64,000 bases of DNA from an uncultured Gemmataceae bacterium (GTDB lineage Bacteria > Planctomycetota > Planctomycetia > Gemmatales > Gemmataceae): NCBI GenBank assembly GCA_963750165.1, contig CAVVPN010000003.1, forward strand, positions 3,008,001-3,072,000, read 5' to 3'. Positions 18,141-32,143 of this stretch are shown here, piece by piece. Made by a program: the position numbers and the translations under genes. How positions within the stretch are numbered: the stretch's first letter is position 1; each line of letters opens with the position of its first letter. The notes beneath the pieces are model-generated. The model saw nothing but the letters and a program-made list of their open reading frames with translations, did no database searches and was not told the DNA's origin.

Positions 18141-19352
18141 TCACGGGTGGACGCGCAGCAACTCGCCGTCGCCCGGAGCCAGCGTCAACCGCAACACCCG
18201 TTGTGCGCCGCTCGTTTCCAGGTCCAGCGGCCGCCACTTCGCCGTCTTGCGGTCGAGCAGTTCCAGGGTGACCTTGCCCTGGAAACGCAACGTCAACTCG
18301 CGCGCCTTCTCAACGCCGTGGTTCACCGGCAGCAGATAGCGGTTTTTCCGCTCGTCCTGAAAGACGCTGACGAGGAAGGACGCGCCTTCCGGCTGGAACC
18401 ACAGATCCGCCGGTGCCTTCTCCGCCCCGATGGGCAGCATCTTGTCGGTGTGGTAGACGGCCTGATTTTTCAGTTTCAGGAGCACTGGCCCGAGGGCTTT
18501 CAATTCGAGCGCCACGCTGGACACGGTTTTCGCCTGGTCACTCAGGCCGAACACCGGTTTGCCGTTTTCGAGGACTGCGTTGCGATCCTTATCCATCTTG
18601 CAGGTGACGAACCAGGGCGGCCAGAAATGAAACGCCTGCACGCCGTACGCCAGGGCCACGTACATCGACTGGCGGAGCTTCTCGGGGGAATTGTTCGAGC
18701 CCAGGCAGCGCATCTGCGGAATGTCGTGCTTGGCACTCAGGTCGCGGAACATGCGCAGATAGAGATAATAGCGCTCCGGATGGTTCTTCGGCCACCAGTG
18801 GTAATGGTAGTAGTCGAGCACCATCGGCTTGACCACCTGGACGAATTCGGGGAACTGATTGTATTCGGCCCGGTTGATAAACAGCGTCGGGTGCCTGGGG
18901 TCCGCGGCCTCAAACGCGCGGGCGATTTTGGCGAAGCCGGGGAAAGCCTTGCTGGTGCGCCGGTCGGAGACGAAGTAGCCGAACACGGCCGGATCATCCT
19001 GCAATTTGGGAGCGGCCTGGAGCAATTTGTTGACATCAATGCTTCCGAGTCGCACCTTGAGGCCAGCCTTGCGGCAAACATCCAGCTTATCCAGCTCGGC
19101 CTCGACGCAGTTGAAGCCCTTGCTCGCGGTGTATTTCGCCAGCGCCAGTTGCTGCTCGGGTTCGTTGGGAAAATCGGCGTAGACGATCACCATGATTTCC
19201 GGGAACCGATACCGCGGCCCCGTGGTTTTGGAGGCATCACCCTGAACCTGGCCGCCGCCGGCCCATGTCCCCGCTGCGAACAGCAGGGCGATCAGCAAGC
19301 CGAGGCAACTTCCCGCGCCGATACGAAGCAATGTGAACCTGCACCGGAACAT
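18141..19352 (-). CDS. Secreted hypothetical protein, possibly glycoside hydrolase-like TIM barrel plus beta-sandwich
   Basis: Signal peptide; 'PAVFGYFVSD', 'DPRHP' and C-terminal 'LTLAPGDGELL'. Confidence 0.55.
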   Translation of the reverse strand: MFRCRFTLLRIGAGSCLGLLIALLFAAGTWAGGGQVQGDASKTTGPRYRFPEIMVIVYADFPNEPEQQLALAKYTASKGFNCVEAELDKLDVCRKAGLKVRLGSIDVNKLLQAAPKLQDDPAVFGYFVSDRRTSKAFPGFAKIARAFEAADPRHPTLFINRAEYNQFPEFVQVVKPMVLDYYHYHWWPKNHPERYYLYLRMFRDLSAKHDIPQMRCLGSNNSPEKLRQSMYVALAYGVQAFHFWPPWFVTCKMDKDRNAVLENGKPVFGLSDQAKTVSSVALELKALGPVLLKLKNQAVYHTDKMLPIGAEKAPADLWFQPEGASFLVSVFQDERKNRYLLPVNHGVEKARELTLRFQGKVTLELLDRKTAKWRPLDLETSGAQRVLRLTLAPGDGELLRVHP

Positions 19353-19436
19353 TGACGATCCTCTCGAAAAGACTCTCATCTCGGCCGCGTGATGCACACG
19401 GCGTTCGCGGAGAACGTACCAACCGCGCAGCCCATT

Positions 19437-19676
19437 TCAAGGCCCCGGCTCCTGCGGCGGTCGCAGCACCAGGCGTTCGCCCAGCCACCCGCACAGGCCG
19501 CCGACGATCGCGCCGACCGCCGCCCCGCCCACCGCGAAGCCGACCGCCCAGCGCGCCGCCGTCAGCACCACGTCCGTGCTGCCCGCGAGCAGCAGCCCGA
19601 CCGCCGCGCCGTCGAGGCTCGCCAGGCAGCCAGCCACGACCGCCCCGATCAGCACGCCCTTGAGCACACGCCGCAT
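19437..19676 (-). CDS. Small Gly-rich membrane protein
   Basis: Two hydrophobic GxxxG-rich helices; GAGGGGG RBS downstream of coaC. Confidence 0.6.
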   Translation of the reverse strand: MRRVLKGVLIGAVVAGCLASLDGAAVGLLLAGSTDVVLTAARWAVGFAVGGAAVGAIVGGLCGWLGERLVLRPPQEPGP

Positions 19677-19685
19677 GACGCCCCC

Positions 19686-20354
19686 TCAACTCCGCCCGGC
19701 CGCCAGCGCCGCCACCGCCGCCACGATGTCCGCGACCTCCGCCAGCGCCCCGACGCCGACATCATCACACGCCAGCCGCTTGCTCACCGGCCCGACGATG
19801 CGCAGCGCCGGACAGGTCTCGTTGATCCAGCCCGGCAACTCCTCCAGGTCGAGTTCGTCCGGCGCCGGTCGCCCGGCCACGTCCACGGCCAGCTGGCGCA
19901 GGTGTCGCGCCGTCAGCGGATGCTGCCACATCAGCGTGTTCATCGCCGGCGCCAGCAGCACCGGCCGCGCCCGGTCCCACGCCCGCCAGACGCAGGTGAG
20001 GCAGTTGTCCGCCAGCCCGTTCGCCAGCTTCGCCAGCGTGTTCGCGTCCAGCGGCGCCACCGCCAGCACGTCCGCCCAGCGGCGCAGCTCGATGTGCAGC
20101 ACCGCGTCGTCGCGCTGGTAGCGCCGCCCTGCACCGCGACCCGGCCATTCGTCCTCGTCCAGCGTCACCACGTCCGGGTTGCGCCGCGGCCGCGCCGGGT
20201 CGAGCGGGGCCAGCTCGGCGGGGTCGAAAAAGTACAGCGCTGCCTGCGTCGCCACCACGCGCACCTGGTGGCCGGCGCCGCGCAGCGCCGCGAACAGCAG
20301 CGGCGTTTTGATCGCCGCCACCGAGCCAGTCACACCCAGCAACACGTTAGCCAT
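19686..20354 (-). CDS. coaC: Monofunctional phosphopantothenoylcysteine decarboxylase (HFCD flavoprotein)
   Basis: GVTGSVAA, HIELRRWAD, APLDANTLAK, PAMNTLMW and LACDDVGVGA motifs. Confidence 0.88.
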   Translation of the reverse strand: MANVLLGVTGSVAAIKTPLLFAALRGAGHQVRVVATQAALYFFDPAELAPLDPARPRRNPDVVTLDEDEWPGRGAGRRYQRDDAVLHIELRRWADVLAVAPLDANTLAKLANGLADNCLTCVWRAWDRARPVLLAPAMNTLMWQHPLTARHLRQLAVDVAGRPAPDELDLEELPGWINETCPALRIVGPVSKRLACDDVGVGALAEVADIVAAVAALAAGRS

Positions 20355-21096
20355 GCCCGCGCTCCCGGTGCAGGCGCTCCACCTCGGTCAGCAACTGCAT
20401 CACCAGGTCGCGCCGGCCGACGCGCTGATACGCGCCGCCCACCGGCCCCAGGTACGCCCAGTCGCTGGCGCCTTCCAAAGTGTTGGCCACCATCAGATCC
20501 GCGGCGGAATGCTGGCGCGAACGCTCCGCGATCTCCAGCAACCGCTCCTCACTGACGCCGACCTCCAGCTTGAACTTGACCAGCACGCCGCCGAACCCCC
20601 AGTCCGCGCGCACCATGTCCACCAGTTTCGGCGTCCGCACCAGACGCAACCACAGTTCGTTTTCGTCGCTCTTGATCTTGCCGGCGGCGCGATCCAGCAA
20701 CCGCGGCGCTTGCCCGGGACCGCCGCGCCATGCGCCGCTGTCCGGGTCGAAGCGGGTGTCCGCGGCGGGGGCGTAGACGCCGGCGGCGCGGTAGTCGCTG
20801 ACGGCGGCGCTGTGAATCACCGCGTCACAGCTACGGCGGACGTGCTGTTGCATCAGTGCTTGCAAGTCTTCAAACGTCCGGTAGCGCTCCAGCCGCCAGC
20901 GTTCGTCCGGGGCCGGCGGATCCTCGGTCAGTTCGCGAACGGTGTCGGGGTGGGAGGTGAGCAGCGTGACGGTGTGGCCGCGCTCGTGCGCGTGCAGGGC
21001 GATGCCGGCGCCGGTGCGGCCAGTGAAAATGTTCGTCAGGCAACGGACGCGGTCAATCGGCACCAGCGTGTTGCCGGCGGTGACGAGGACGTTCAT
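20347..21096 (-). CDS. coaB: Monofunctional phosphopantothenate-cysteine ligase
   Basis: VTAGNT..PIDRVR..TN..TG, AAVSDY, TPKL, FKLE and VAN motifs; overlaps coaC. Confidence 0.88.
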   Translation of the reverse strand: MNVLVTAGNTLVPIDRVRCLTNIFTGRTGAGIALHAHERGHTVTLLTSHPDTVRELTEDPPAPDERWRLERYRTFEDLQALMQQHVRRSCDAVIHSAAVSDYRAAGVYAPAADTRFDPDSGAWRGGPGQAPRLLDRAAGKIKSDENELWLRLVRTPKLVDMVRADWGFGGVLVKFKLEVGVSEERLLEIAERSRQHSAADLMVANTLEGASDWAYLGPVGGAYQRVGRRDLVMQLLTEVERLHRERGHG

Positions 21097-21130
21097 GCGC
21101 GGACCCAGTCGGGGTCGTGGTTCCACGCGC

Positions 21131-22060
21131 TTATTGTAGGCGGCCCGGTTTCCTCTGGACCATCGCGCCCGGCGGCGGCGGCCCGTCCAGCGCTGCCAGG
21201 TGCCGCAGCAGGGTCACCTCCAGCGCCGGGTAGGCGGAGGCCAACCGCGGTCGCAGCGGCCCCGGCCGGGCGTTGGTCCGCAGTTCGCGCAGATAGCCGA
21301 CCAGCGCCTGCTTCGCTTCCGGGACGCCGTGCAGCATCAGATGGACCCACGCCCACGCCTCACGGTACTCCGCCGGCGTCATCTGGTGAACCTCGGTCAG
21401 TTGCTCCAGCCGGTCCAGGTCGGGCTTGAACGCCTTGCCCTGCTCCGCCCGCAGCTGGGCGATGTGCTGATAGTTGACGCCCTTCCAGCCGGCGGGCACC
21501 TCGAAATACTCGGCCAGCCCCTCGTCGAGCCAGATGGGCACGTCCTTGAGGACGCTGTGCAGCAGCGCGTGCGTCAGTTCGTGACGCAGGTCCTGGCCGA
21601 TGCGTTCGCCAGTGCCCCAGTAGGTGTAGACGAGCAAATCCTCGGTGCCGCCGAAGCGCGGCTGGGCGACGAAGAACGCCCGTCGCTTCGGCAGGTCCGG
21701 GTGCCGCGCTTGCATGAACTGCTCGTAACGGTCGCGGTTCTCGAACAGGTGGACCTGAATGACGGAACTGGACGCGGGCAGTTGCAGGTCGCGGCACACC
21801 TGGTCGCGCAGGTTGGCGAGATCCTTGAACAGGGGCAGATTGCGGTTGACCTCGAAGTCGGCGTAAAAGACGAACTGCGGTGGCACACGGAACGAGGTCT
21901 TGACCGCCGGCGGCGCGGCCGGGGCGACTTCTTTCTCCTGCTTCGCTGGCGGGACGGTATTGAAGCGGAGGAGGTTGCAGCCCACCGCCAGCCAGACCGC
22001 GAACACGGCCAGGCTCAGCCTGCGGCGCCACCGGCTTCGGTGTCCCTGCGGAGTCTTCAT
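21131..22060 (-). CDS. DUF1570 / peptidase MA-like zinc-binding lipoprotein
   Basis: Lipobox-like AVGC; HELTH...WLDEGLAEYF gluzincin motif. Confidence 0.8.
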   Translation of the reverse strand: MKTPQGHRSRWRRRLSLAVFAVWLAVGCNLLRFNTVPPAKQEKEVAPAAPPAVKTSFRVPPQFVFYADFEVNRNLPLFKDLANLRDQVCRDLQLPASSSVIQVHLFENRDRYEQFMQARHPDLPKRRAFFVAQPRFGGTEDLLVYTYWGTGERIGQDLRHELTHALLHSVLKDVPIWLDEGLAEYFEVPAGWKGVNYQHIAQLRAEQGKAFKPDLDRLEQLTEVHQMTPAEYREAWAWVHLMLHGVPEAKQALVGYLRELRTNARPGPLRPRLASAYPALEVTLLRHLAALDGPPPPGAMVQRKPGRLQ

Positions 22061-22154
22061 GTTCCCATCCCTGGGCCAATGGTGTCAGCGCCCGCGCGGG
22101 CCGGATTGTAAACAGCGGCCCTGCGTTTGAACAGAGAAGTTCCCGCTCGCCCCC

Positions 22155-23872
22155 TCAGGCCAGCGGCCGGCCGTTGCGCACGTTGCGGGCGATCTTCGCC
22201 TGCGTCACCTGTTCCACCGCTCGCCACCAGGTTTTCCAGTCCCCGCGACCGCGCAGGCCCCACAGCAGGTACACGCGCAGGAAGCGCAGCCGATCCGTGC
22301 GCGTCACGCCCGGGTGCCGGTGAAAGCTGGCGTGCAGCCGGGCCAGGTTCTGGACACGACGGCCGCGCGGCAACCGCCGATACAGGTCGAGGCCCACCAG
22401 ATCAATGAACCACAGCGCCGGCGCCGCGGCCGCCGTCTCCGGCCGCCGTACCAGGATGTTCGCGGCCTTCAGGTCGCGCTGCGACAGCTCGCCGCTCGTG
22501 CAGTCCGCGCACCAGCCGCGCCAGCGCGTCGATGTGCCGCCGCAGCAGCGCCAGCCGCGCGTGCCGCGGCCACGCCTCCAGCTCCGTCAGAAAGCGGTGC
22601 AGCTCGACAGCATTCTCGACCTTCTCCGTGAGCAGATACCCTTCCTGACTCAGGCCGCCCTTGCGGCGGTGCAGCACCAGCAGCGGCCGGGCCGTCGGCA
22701 GCCAGCGCTCGCGCAGGCCGTGGCCGTAGAGCCACGACCGCACCGCGGCGCTGCGGCGCAGCAGCGTCACGAATGGATCGCTCCACTCCGTGACGCGGAA
22801 ACGCTTGTAAATCACGGGTCGCATCACGCCACCGACGGGCAGTTCCAGTTCGGCCACAGTGGAGCTGCGCGAATCCTTGAGCAGCACCACTCCGGGCTGG
22901 GTGAACGGCGCGTCCGGATCGGCGAGCAGCGCCCGCAGCGCCGTCCGGTCCAGGTCCGTGACGGCGTGGCCGGCGACCACGGCGGAGCGCACGCGGCGGT
23001 AGTAGCGGTTGTTGACCAGGCAACGGCGGTCGCGGTTGCGCCAGAACGCCAGGTTCGAGTGCCAGGTGCGACTTTCCACGTCGCGGGCCAGCTCCGCCGC
23101 GGGCGTCTCCAGCACACGCTGCCAGCGGTCCATCTCCGCAGCCGCACGCTCCGCGCGGTAGGCGTGCCAGCAGCGCAGCCGATCCGCACGGCTGACCCGC
23201 AGCTGGAACCAGCGATTGAGCATCACCAGGTTAGCGCGGCCGCGCTGCCAGCCAACGTGTGCGTGCAGCCGAACGTAATGCAGGTCGATGAGGAACAACT
23301 CCGGCGTGTCGTCGCGCCAGCGGAGCAGCAGGTTGCCGGCGTGCAGGTCGTGGTGCAGTACGCCGGCGTTGTGCATCCGTGCTGTGAAGCGCCCAGCGCC
23401 ACCGCCAGCCGCTGCCGCAGGACCGTCTGCCGGGCCGCGTCCAGGCGCGGCAATGTCGTCTCGATGAACGTGTTCAGCGGTTCGGTGGCGGCGAGCGTTT
23501 CGGTCACGAGCCAGCTTTCGCCGGTGCCCAGCGTGGTGACGCGCTCGCCCACGGCCAGCGGTACGAACGTCGGCACGCCGTGCGCCGCCAGCTGCTCGGC
23601 GATCTCGAACTCGCTGCGTGCCTTCGACGGCCGCACCAGCTGCCGCAGCCACGCCCGCAGATCGTAGACGGGGTAGTGCTTGAGGTGGACATCCATGCCG
23701 TCGAGGCGAACCTGGTACACGGTGCGGTGCGGCCCTTGCTTGACCACCCGCGCCCGGCCGTCGCGCAGCCACTGCGCCAGCGGCAGCCCGTCGGCACCGA
23801 AGAGCAGGGCGCGGCGCGCGCCAGCACTTGCCAGCACACCGCGCCAACGGTCAGCGCCACCGCGTCCGCCAT
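22155..23872 (-). CDS. Tandem Kdo/WaaP/InaA-family LPS kinase (frameshifts ~23820, ~23390, ~22490)
   Basis: Two kinase-like halves (HHDLHAGN..LIDL; DLKAANIL..FIDL) spread over several frames. Confidence 0.75.
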
Positions 23873-23893
23873 GTCCCGCCTCTCTCATGGTGA

Positions 23894-23945
23894 GTCCGAG
23901 CCCGAGCGCCAGCGCGGGGCCCCGCGCTGGCGCTCGGGCTCGGAC
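23894..23945. repeat. REP-like perfect palindrome
   Basis: 52-bp palindrome, copy of 7405-7454. Confidence 0.85.
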
Positions 23946-23956
23946 AGCAGCATCAA

Positions 23957-24967
23957 TCACGCGGCCGCTCGCCGCTTGGCGAGCGTGCCCAGCACCTCCA
24001 GCCACCGCGCCGCCCCCGCCGCCACGCTGTAGTGCGTCTCCACAAGCGCCCTCCCTTGCCGGCCCAGCCGCCGCCGCAACGCCGCGTCGCGGACCAGCAC
24101 GGTCACCGCCTCAACCCACTCCGCCGGGTCGCGCGGTAAAAAGCCGGTCCCGCCCGGCCGCACCATCTCGGGGTGGACGCCCACCGGGTTCGCCACCACC
24201 GGCAGCCCCGCCGCCAGGTACTGCAGCACCTTCAGGCCGCACTTGCCGCGGCTCCAGTCGTCATCCGGAATCCAGCTGACGCCCACGTCCGCCGCCGCGA
24301 TCTCCGCCGCCTCGCCTGCCTCGGTCCAGACGCACGGCAGCACCGGCAAGTGCTTCAGTTCAAAAAAGCGGTCGCAGATCAACTTCAGCCGCAATTCCGG
24401 CAGCCGCCGGCCCAGTTCCTCCAGCAGCGGCCGGATCGCCTCCAGCCCCTGCAACGTGCTCGACGAACCGACCCAGACCAGCTGCACCGGGCCGGCGCCG
24501 CCAGGTTCCGCCAGCGGGTAGCGCTCCGGCTCGACGCAGGTCGGCACGACCTGGACACGGCCGGGCGCGGCCCAGCGCCGCGCCGCGTCTGCCAGGAAGC
24601 CATTGCCGGCGACCACCGCGTCCGCGGCGGCGACCACCGCGGCGAAGCGGCGCATCCGGCTGCCGCTGTGCAGGCCGCGCTGCGCGTAGGAGTCGCGCAG
24701 GAACACGGCGTCGTCGAAGTCAAATACCAGCCGTCGCGCCGCCCGGCGCAGCAGGTACAGCTGCCAGCGGCGCAGCAATTTTCGCTGCAAGATCACGACA
24801 TCCGCGTGCCGTAGTTGTCTGCCCAGGGTGAACCAGCCCCACACGCCGCGTGGCCACGGCAGCAGTTCCAGCTGATGGCCGGCCCGGCGCCAGTGCGGCG
24901 CGAAGGCGGCGACGCGGTAGCGGCAGCACACGTGGTCGGGACGGTCAACCAGGGCAGTGATGTACAC
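23957..24967 (-). CDS. GT4 glycosyltransferase
   Basis: FDFDDAVF, WVGSSST and GKCGLKVLQYLAAGLPVVANPVG motifs. Confidence 0.9.
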   Translation of the reverse strand: MYITALVDRPDHVCCRYRVAAFAPHWRRAGHQLELLPWPRGVWGWFTLGRQLRHADVVILQRKLLRRWQLYLLRRAARRLVFDFDDAVFLRDSYAQRGLHSGSRMRRFAAVVAAADAVVAGNGFLADAARRWAAPGRVQVVPTCVEPERYPLAEPGGAGPVQLVWVGSSSTLQGLEAIRPLLEELGRRLPELRLKLICDRFFELKHLPVLPCVWTEAGEAAEIAAADVGVSWIPDDDWSRGKCGLKVLQYLAAGLPVVANPVGVHPEMVRPGGTGFLPRDPAEWVEAVTVLVRDAALRRRLGRQGRALVETHYSVAAGAARWLEVLGTLAKRRAAA

Positions 24968-24992
24968 GGCGGTTCTCCCTGACCAGGGGGCG

Positions 24993-25532
24993 TCACTTCC
25001 CAGGAATGACGACGGGTGCGGGCGGCGGCGGCCCCTCGCTCGGGGCGATGAGTTTCGCCGGGGCGGGCGGCGGCGGGTCCTCGTGCGGCGTCACCAACGG
25101 CGGGGCCGGGGGCGGCGGCAGCGGCCGCACGCCGCGCGCCTTCCACGGAATGCCGTCGCCGACACTGTAGGTGCCCGTCCTCATGCGCACGTGGAAGTAG
25201 TTCTCCTTCTGCTCCAGCACCTCGCACAGGTTCAGGCGGTCTTCCAATTCCAGGTTCGGCGGCACCGCGTAGGCCAGGGGGTAGTAAATGATCTGCTCGG
25301 CGCCGGGCCGCAGGATGATCTTGCCGTCCTGCGTCAGCGGGCTGTTCACGTCCGCGACGACCTTGTCAGGGTCGCTGTGGTAGTGGTTGTGCGTCATGCA
25401 GCCGAGGATGATGAGCACCGTCAGGCACGTCGCCGCCGCGCCCGCTGGTCGGCTGGACAGCACGCGCTCCATGCGATGCAGCCGGCGCCACCGAACGCCG
25501 GGCGCTTGCGATTGGCTGGTTGGGATGGACAT
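24993..25532 (-). CDS. Hypothetical lipoprotein with Pro-rich tail
   Basis: Hydrophobic stretch ending ILGC; GGAGG RBS. Confidence 0.65.
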   Translation of the reverse strand: MSIPTSQSQAPGVRWRRLHRMERVLSSRPAGAAATCLTVLIILGCMTHNHYHSDPDKVVADVNSPLTQDGKIILRPGAEQIIYYPLAYAVPPNLELEDRLNLCEVLEQKENYFHVRMRTGTYSVGDGIPWKARGVRPLPPPPAPPLVTPHEDPPPPAPAKLIAPSEGPPPPAPVVIPGK

Positions 25533-25589
25533 CGCGCCTCCTTGCGCACTGCGTTTTTTCCGTAGTGCAGGCGGCCCGCCTGCACCACG

Positions 25590-26075
25590 TCATCTGCGCC
25601 GATCGGTCATGGCCCGCCGGATCTCGCGCTGGGCGTCCGCCTTCTTGGCCGCCTGGCGCTTGTCATGGGCCGCTTTGCCGCGAGCCACGGCGACCTCGAC
25701 CTTGGCCCGGCCGTCCTTGAAGTACATTCGCAGCGGCACCAGCGTGTAGCCGCGCTGCGACGCCTTGCCGGCGAACTTGTCCAGCTCGCGCTTGTGCAGC
25801 AGCAGTTTGCGGCGCCGCTTCGGTTTGTGGTTCAGCTGGTTGCCCATCGCGTATTCGGGGATGTCGCTGCCGATCAGCCACAGTTCGCCATCCTCGATCT
25901 TGGCGTAGGCGTCCTCCAGACTGACACCGCCCTCGCGAAGACTCTTGACCTCCGTGCCCACCAGCACCATGCCACACTCCAGGGTGTCGAACACCTCATA
26001 CTCGTGCAGCGCTCGCTTGTTGCGGCAGATCACCTTGATGTTGTCGTCTTTGTTGGCTTTCTGATTGTGTGCCAT
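25590..26075 (-). CDS. smpB: SsrA-binding protein
   Basis: NKRA.HEY, GTEVKSLR, RKLLLHKRE and GKAAHDKR motifs. Confidence 0.96.
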   Translation of the reverse strand: MAHNQKANKDDNIKVICRNKRALHEYEVFDTLECGMVLVGTEVKSLREGGVSLEDAYAKIEDGELWLIGSDIPEYAMGNQLNHKPKRRRKLLLHKRELDKFAGKASQRGYTLVPLRMYFKDGRAKVEVAVARGKAAHDKRQAAKKADAQREIRRAMTDRRR

Positions 26076-26204
26076 ATAGCGTCTCCTGCGAGAAATGCTA
26101 GCACAACTGGTGCCCGCGAGGAACAGAAGAAAGGAAGCGGCGCAGCGCTGGGCCGCTCTTGCGGCCTGGCGCGTTCGGAAGCAAGGAGCGCCTCCGAGCC
26201 CGCT

Positions 26205-26443
26205 TCGAGCGGTTTGCACGCGGATCGCGACGGGTGGGACGGCGAGCACGGCTTGACCACCAGCGGCCTGTTCTGCCACAGCAAGGGGGCCAAGGAGGCC
26301 AAGGGGGCCAGCTTTTTCATACGTCGAGAATTGGCAACCTGGCTCCGTGGGGCTGGCACGGCTCTCCAGAGCCGTGCGGTTGCCACCACGGCTCTGGAGA
26401 GCCGTGCCACGGTTTGTGGTCCACGCGACTGCAAACTGCTTTA
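26205..26443. mobile_element. MITE-like element carrying a GGCTCTCCAGAGCC REP doublet
   Basis: GAGCGGTTTGCA...TGCAAACTGCTT ends; body homologous to 7078-7373. Confidence 0.75.
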
Positions 26444-26521
26444 ACCACCGCGCTTTGCCCGAGTGGATCGGCTGGAAGGAATGGGATCCGAACTCCCGGC
26501 AGTGCCTTGACGGGGCTTCCC

Positions 26522-27913
26522 CTATTTCTTGCAGGAGTCCGCCACTTCCAGGCGGTCGTCCTGCACCAGCCCCGCCACGTCGGTCACGCTCCGCCACAGC
26601 TCGCCCAGCGCCTGCGTGTACACCAGCTTCGCCTGGCTCAGAATCACCTGCGCCTGCAGCACCGCCGTGTAGTCGAAGCGGGCTTCGCCCTTATCGTAGC
26701 CCAGTCGCACCAGCTGCAGCGACTTCTCCGCGTCCGGCAAAATCCGGCTGCGGTACGCCTCCACCTGCTGCCGCGCTGCCAGGTAGCGCTGGTACGCGAC
26801 GTTCAGCCGCTCGCCCAACCGCAGTTCCACGGTGCGTACGTCCGCAGCGGTGCGGTGGATGTCCGCCTGGGCGGCGGTGATGTTGCCCTGGTTGCGGTTG
26901 AAAAACGGCATGTAGCCGCCGACCTCGACCATCAACTCCATGTTGCGCTCGGGGGCGGCGTACATCGGACGCACCTGCACGAGCACGTTCGGGATCGGCT
27001 CCACCTTGGCCCGCCGCCACAGCCCTTCCGCCAGGCGGTTCAGCGCCTGCGCCTCCTGGATTTCCGAGGAGCGCACCATCACCGTGTCCACCAGCGGCTG
27101 CCAGTCGAAGTCCGGCGATGGGCTGTCCAGGCGGCCGGCCAACTCGCCATACTCCAGCCGCGGCAGCCCGACCGACAGCGTCAGCTGCCGCCACGACGCC
27201 TCGGCCCGGCGCTGGGCCACGCCCAGGCGGATGTTGCTTTGCTCCAGCTCGACCCGGGCCCGCAGTACGTCCGGCTCCGTCCCCTGGCCCTTCTTTCGCA
27301 GCATCACCGCCGCCTCGTAGCCGTCGGTGGACAGCTTGACGATCTCCTGGTACGCCCGCACCTCCTGCTGGGCCGTCAGCACATCGACATACGACAGCCG
27401 CAGCCGGGTCAGCACGTCGAACCAGCGCGTGATCGCTTGCCAGTCCATCGCGGCGACGCCGTGGGCCTGCGCCTCCCGGGCCAGCTTGAGCTTGTTCGCC
27501 GTGACGATTTCCTGCGTGACCGTCATGGCGAGGAAGCCGAGTGAGCCCTGCGGGTTACCGATCTCGTCGCTACGCATGGACACGTAAGGGTTGGGGTAGA
27601 GCCCAGCCTGGACGAGCTTGCCGCGGGCGAAGTCGGCGCAGGCGCGGGCGGCGGCCAGTTCGGGATAATTCGCGGAGGCCAGGGCGATCAGGTCCGGCAG
27701 GGTGTAACGCGGCGCTGCGGCCGGCGGCATCACCGTGAACGGCAGGGCGTCCTGGGCGAGCTGCGGCGGTGCCAGGGGTAGGGCAACCGGCGTCACCGCG
27801 TCGGGGATCGGCGGCAGCAGTTTCGCCACGGGCGCGGCCTGATCCTGGCCGCGGGCGCTGACCGCGGCGCTGCACAGCGTCAGGATGAGCAAGATAAGTC
27901 GGGTGGTGTGCAT
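26522..27913 (-). CDS. TolC/CzcC-family outer-membrane efflux protein
   Basis: Signal peptide, QAGLYPNP, PFFNRNQG, coiled helices and 'GY..GE..Y..VL.AQ'. Confidence 0.88.
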   Translation of the reverse strand: MHTTRLILLILTLCSAAVSARGQDQAAPVAKLLPPIPDAVTPVALPLAPPQLAQDALPFTVMPPAAAPRYTLPDLIALASANYPELAAARACADFARGKLVQAGLYPNPYVSMRSDEIGNPQGSLGFLAMTVTQEIVTANKLKLAREAQAHGVAAMDWQAITRWFDVLTRLRLSYVDVLTAQQEVRAYQEIVKLSTDGYEAAVMLRKKGQGTEPDVLRARVELEQSNIRLGVAQRRAEASWRQLTLSVGLPRLEYGELAGRLDSPSPDFDWQPLVDTVMVRSSEIQEAQALNRLAEGLWRRAKVEPIPNVLVQVRPMYAAPERNMELMVEVGGYMPFFNRNQGNITAAQADIHRTAADVRTVELRLGERLNVAYQRYLAARQQVEAYRSRILPDAEKSLQLVRLGYDKGEARFDYTAVLQAQVILSQAKLVYTQALGELWRSVTDVAGLVQDDRLEVADSCKK

Positions 27914-28193
27914 GAAGTCCCCCGCCGCAGGACAACGGTTCCCCTCTGTCTTTTCGGCAGACGGCGGGGTGCGCGATGAGGAAAACTTTGCGGTCTTTGC
28001 AGGTTGTGCGGGGGAGTGTCTCTGGTCGAAAAATGCGCACCCGGTTGCGAATGCTGCTCGGAGCGGACGCGGAACCTAATTCCCGACCACAATGGCGCCG
28101 GTCGTCCCAGCGCGGCCCATTTTTTCCTATCGATGGAAAGGCCCTCTTGATAGTCTGGGGTAAGATCGTCTCCACACCCAGAGGCCCCTGAGC

Positions 28194-32021
<3,828 letters not shown>

Positions 32022-32143
32022 TGGGCGGGGGTGGCATGGGTGGCATGGGTGGGTTCGGCTTTCCCGGCGGCCGCGGTGGTTCCGGAGCGCTGGGGCGTCT
32101 GGGCGGCGGGCGTTATTGAGTGCCGCGCCACCACCCGTCCCGG

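Noticed and set aside
19686..20354. HFCD flavoprotein as a LanD-type RiPP decarboxylase
   Set aside because: It overlaps a coaB homolog and there is no precursor peptide or lanthipeptide machinery nearby
26076..26520. tmRNA (ssrA) or another structured ncRNA beside smpB
   Set aside because: No tRNA-like GGGG...CCA ends or tag ORF recognised; the region is explained by a MITE-like repeat
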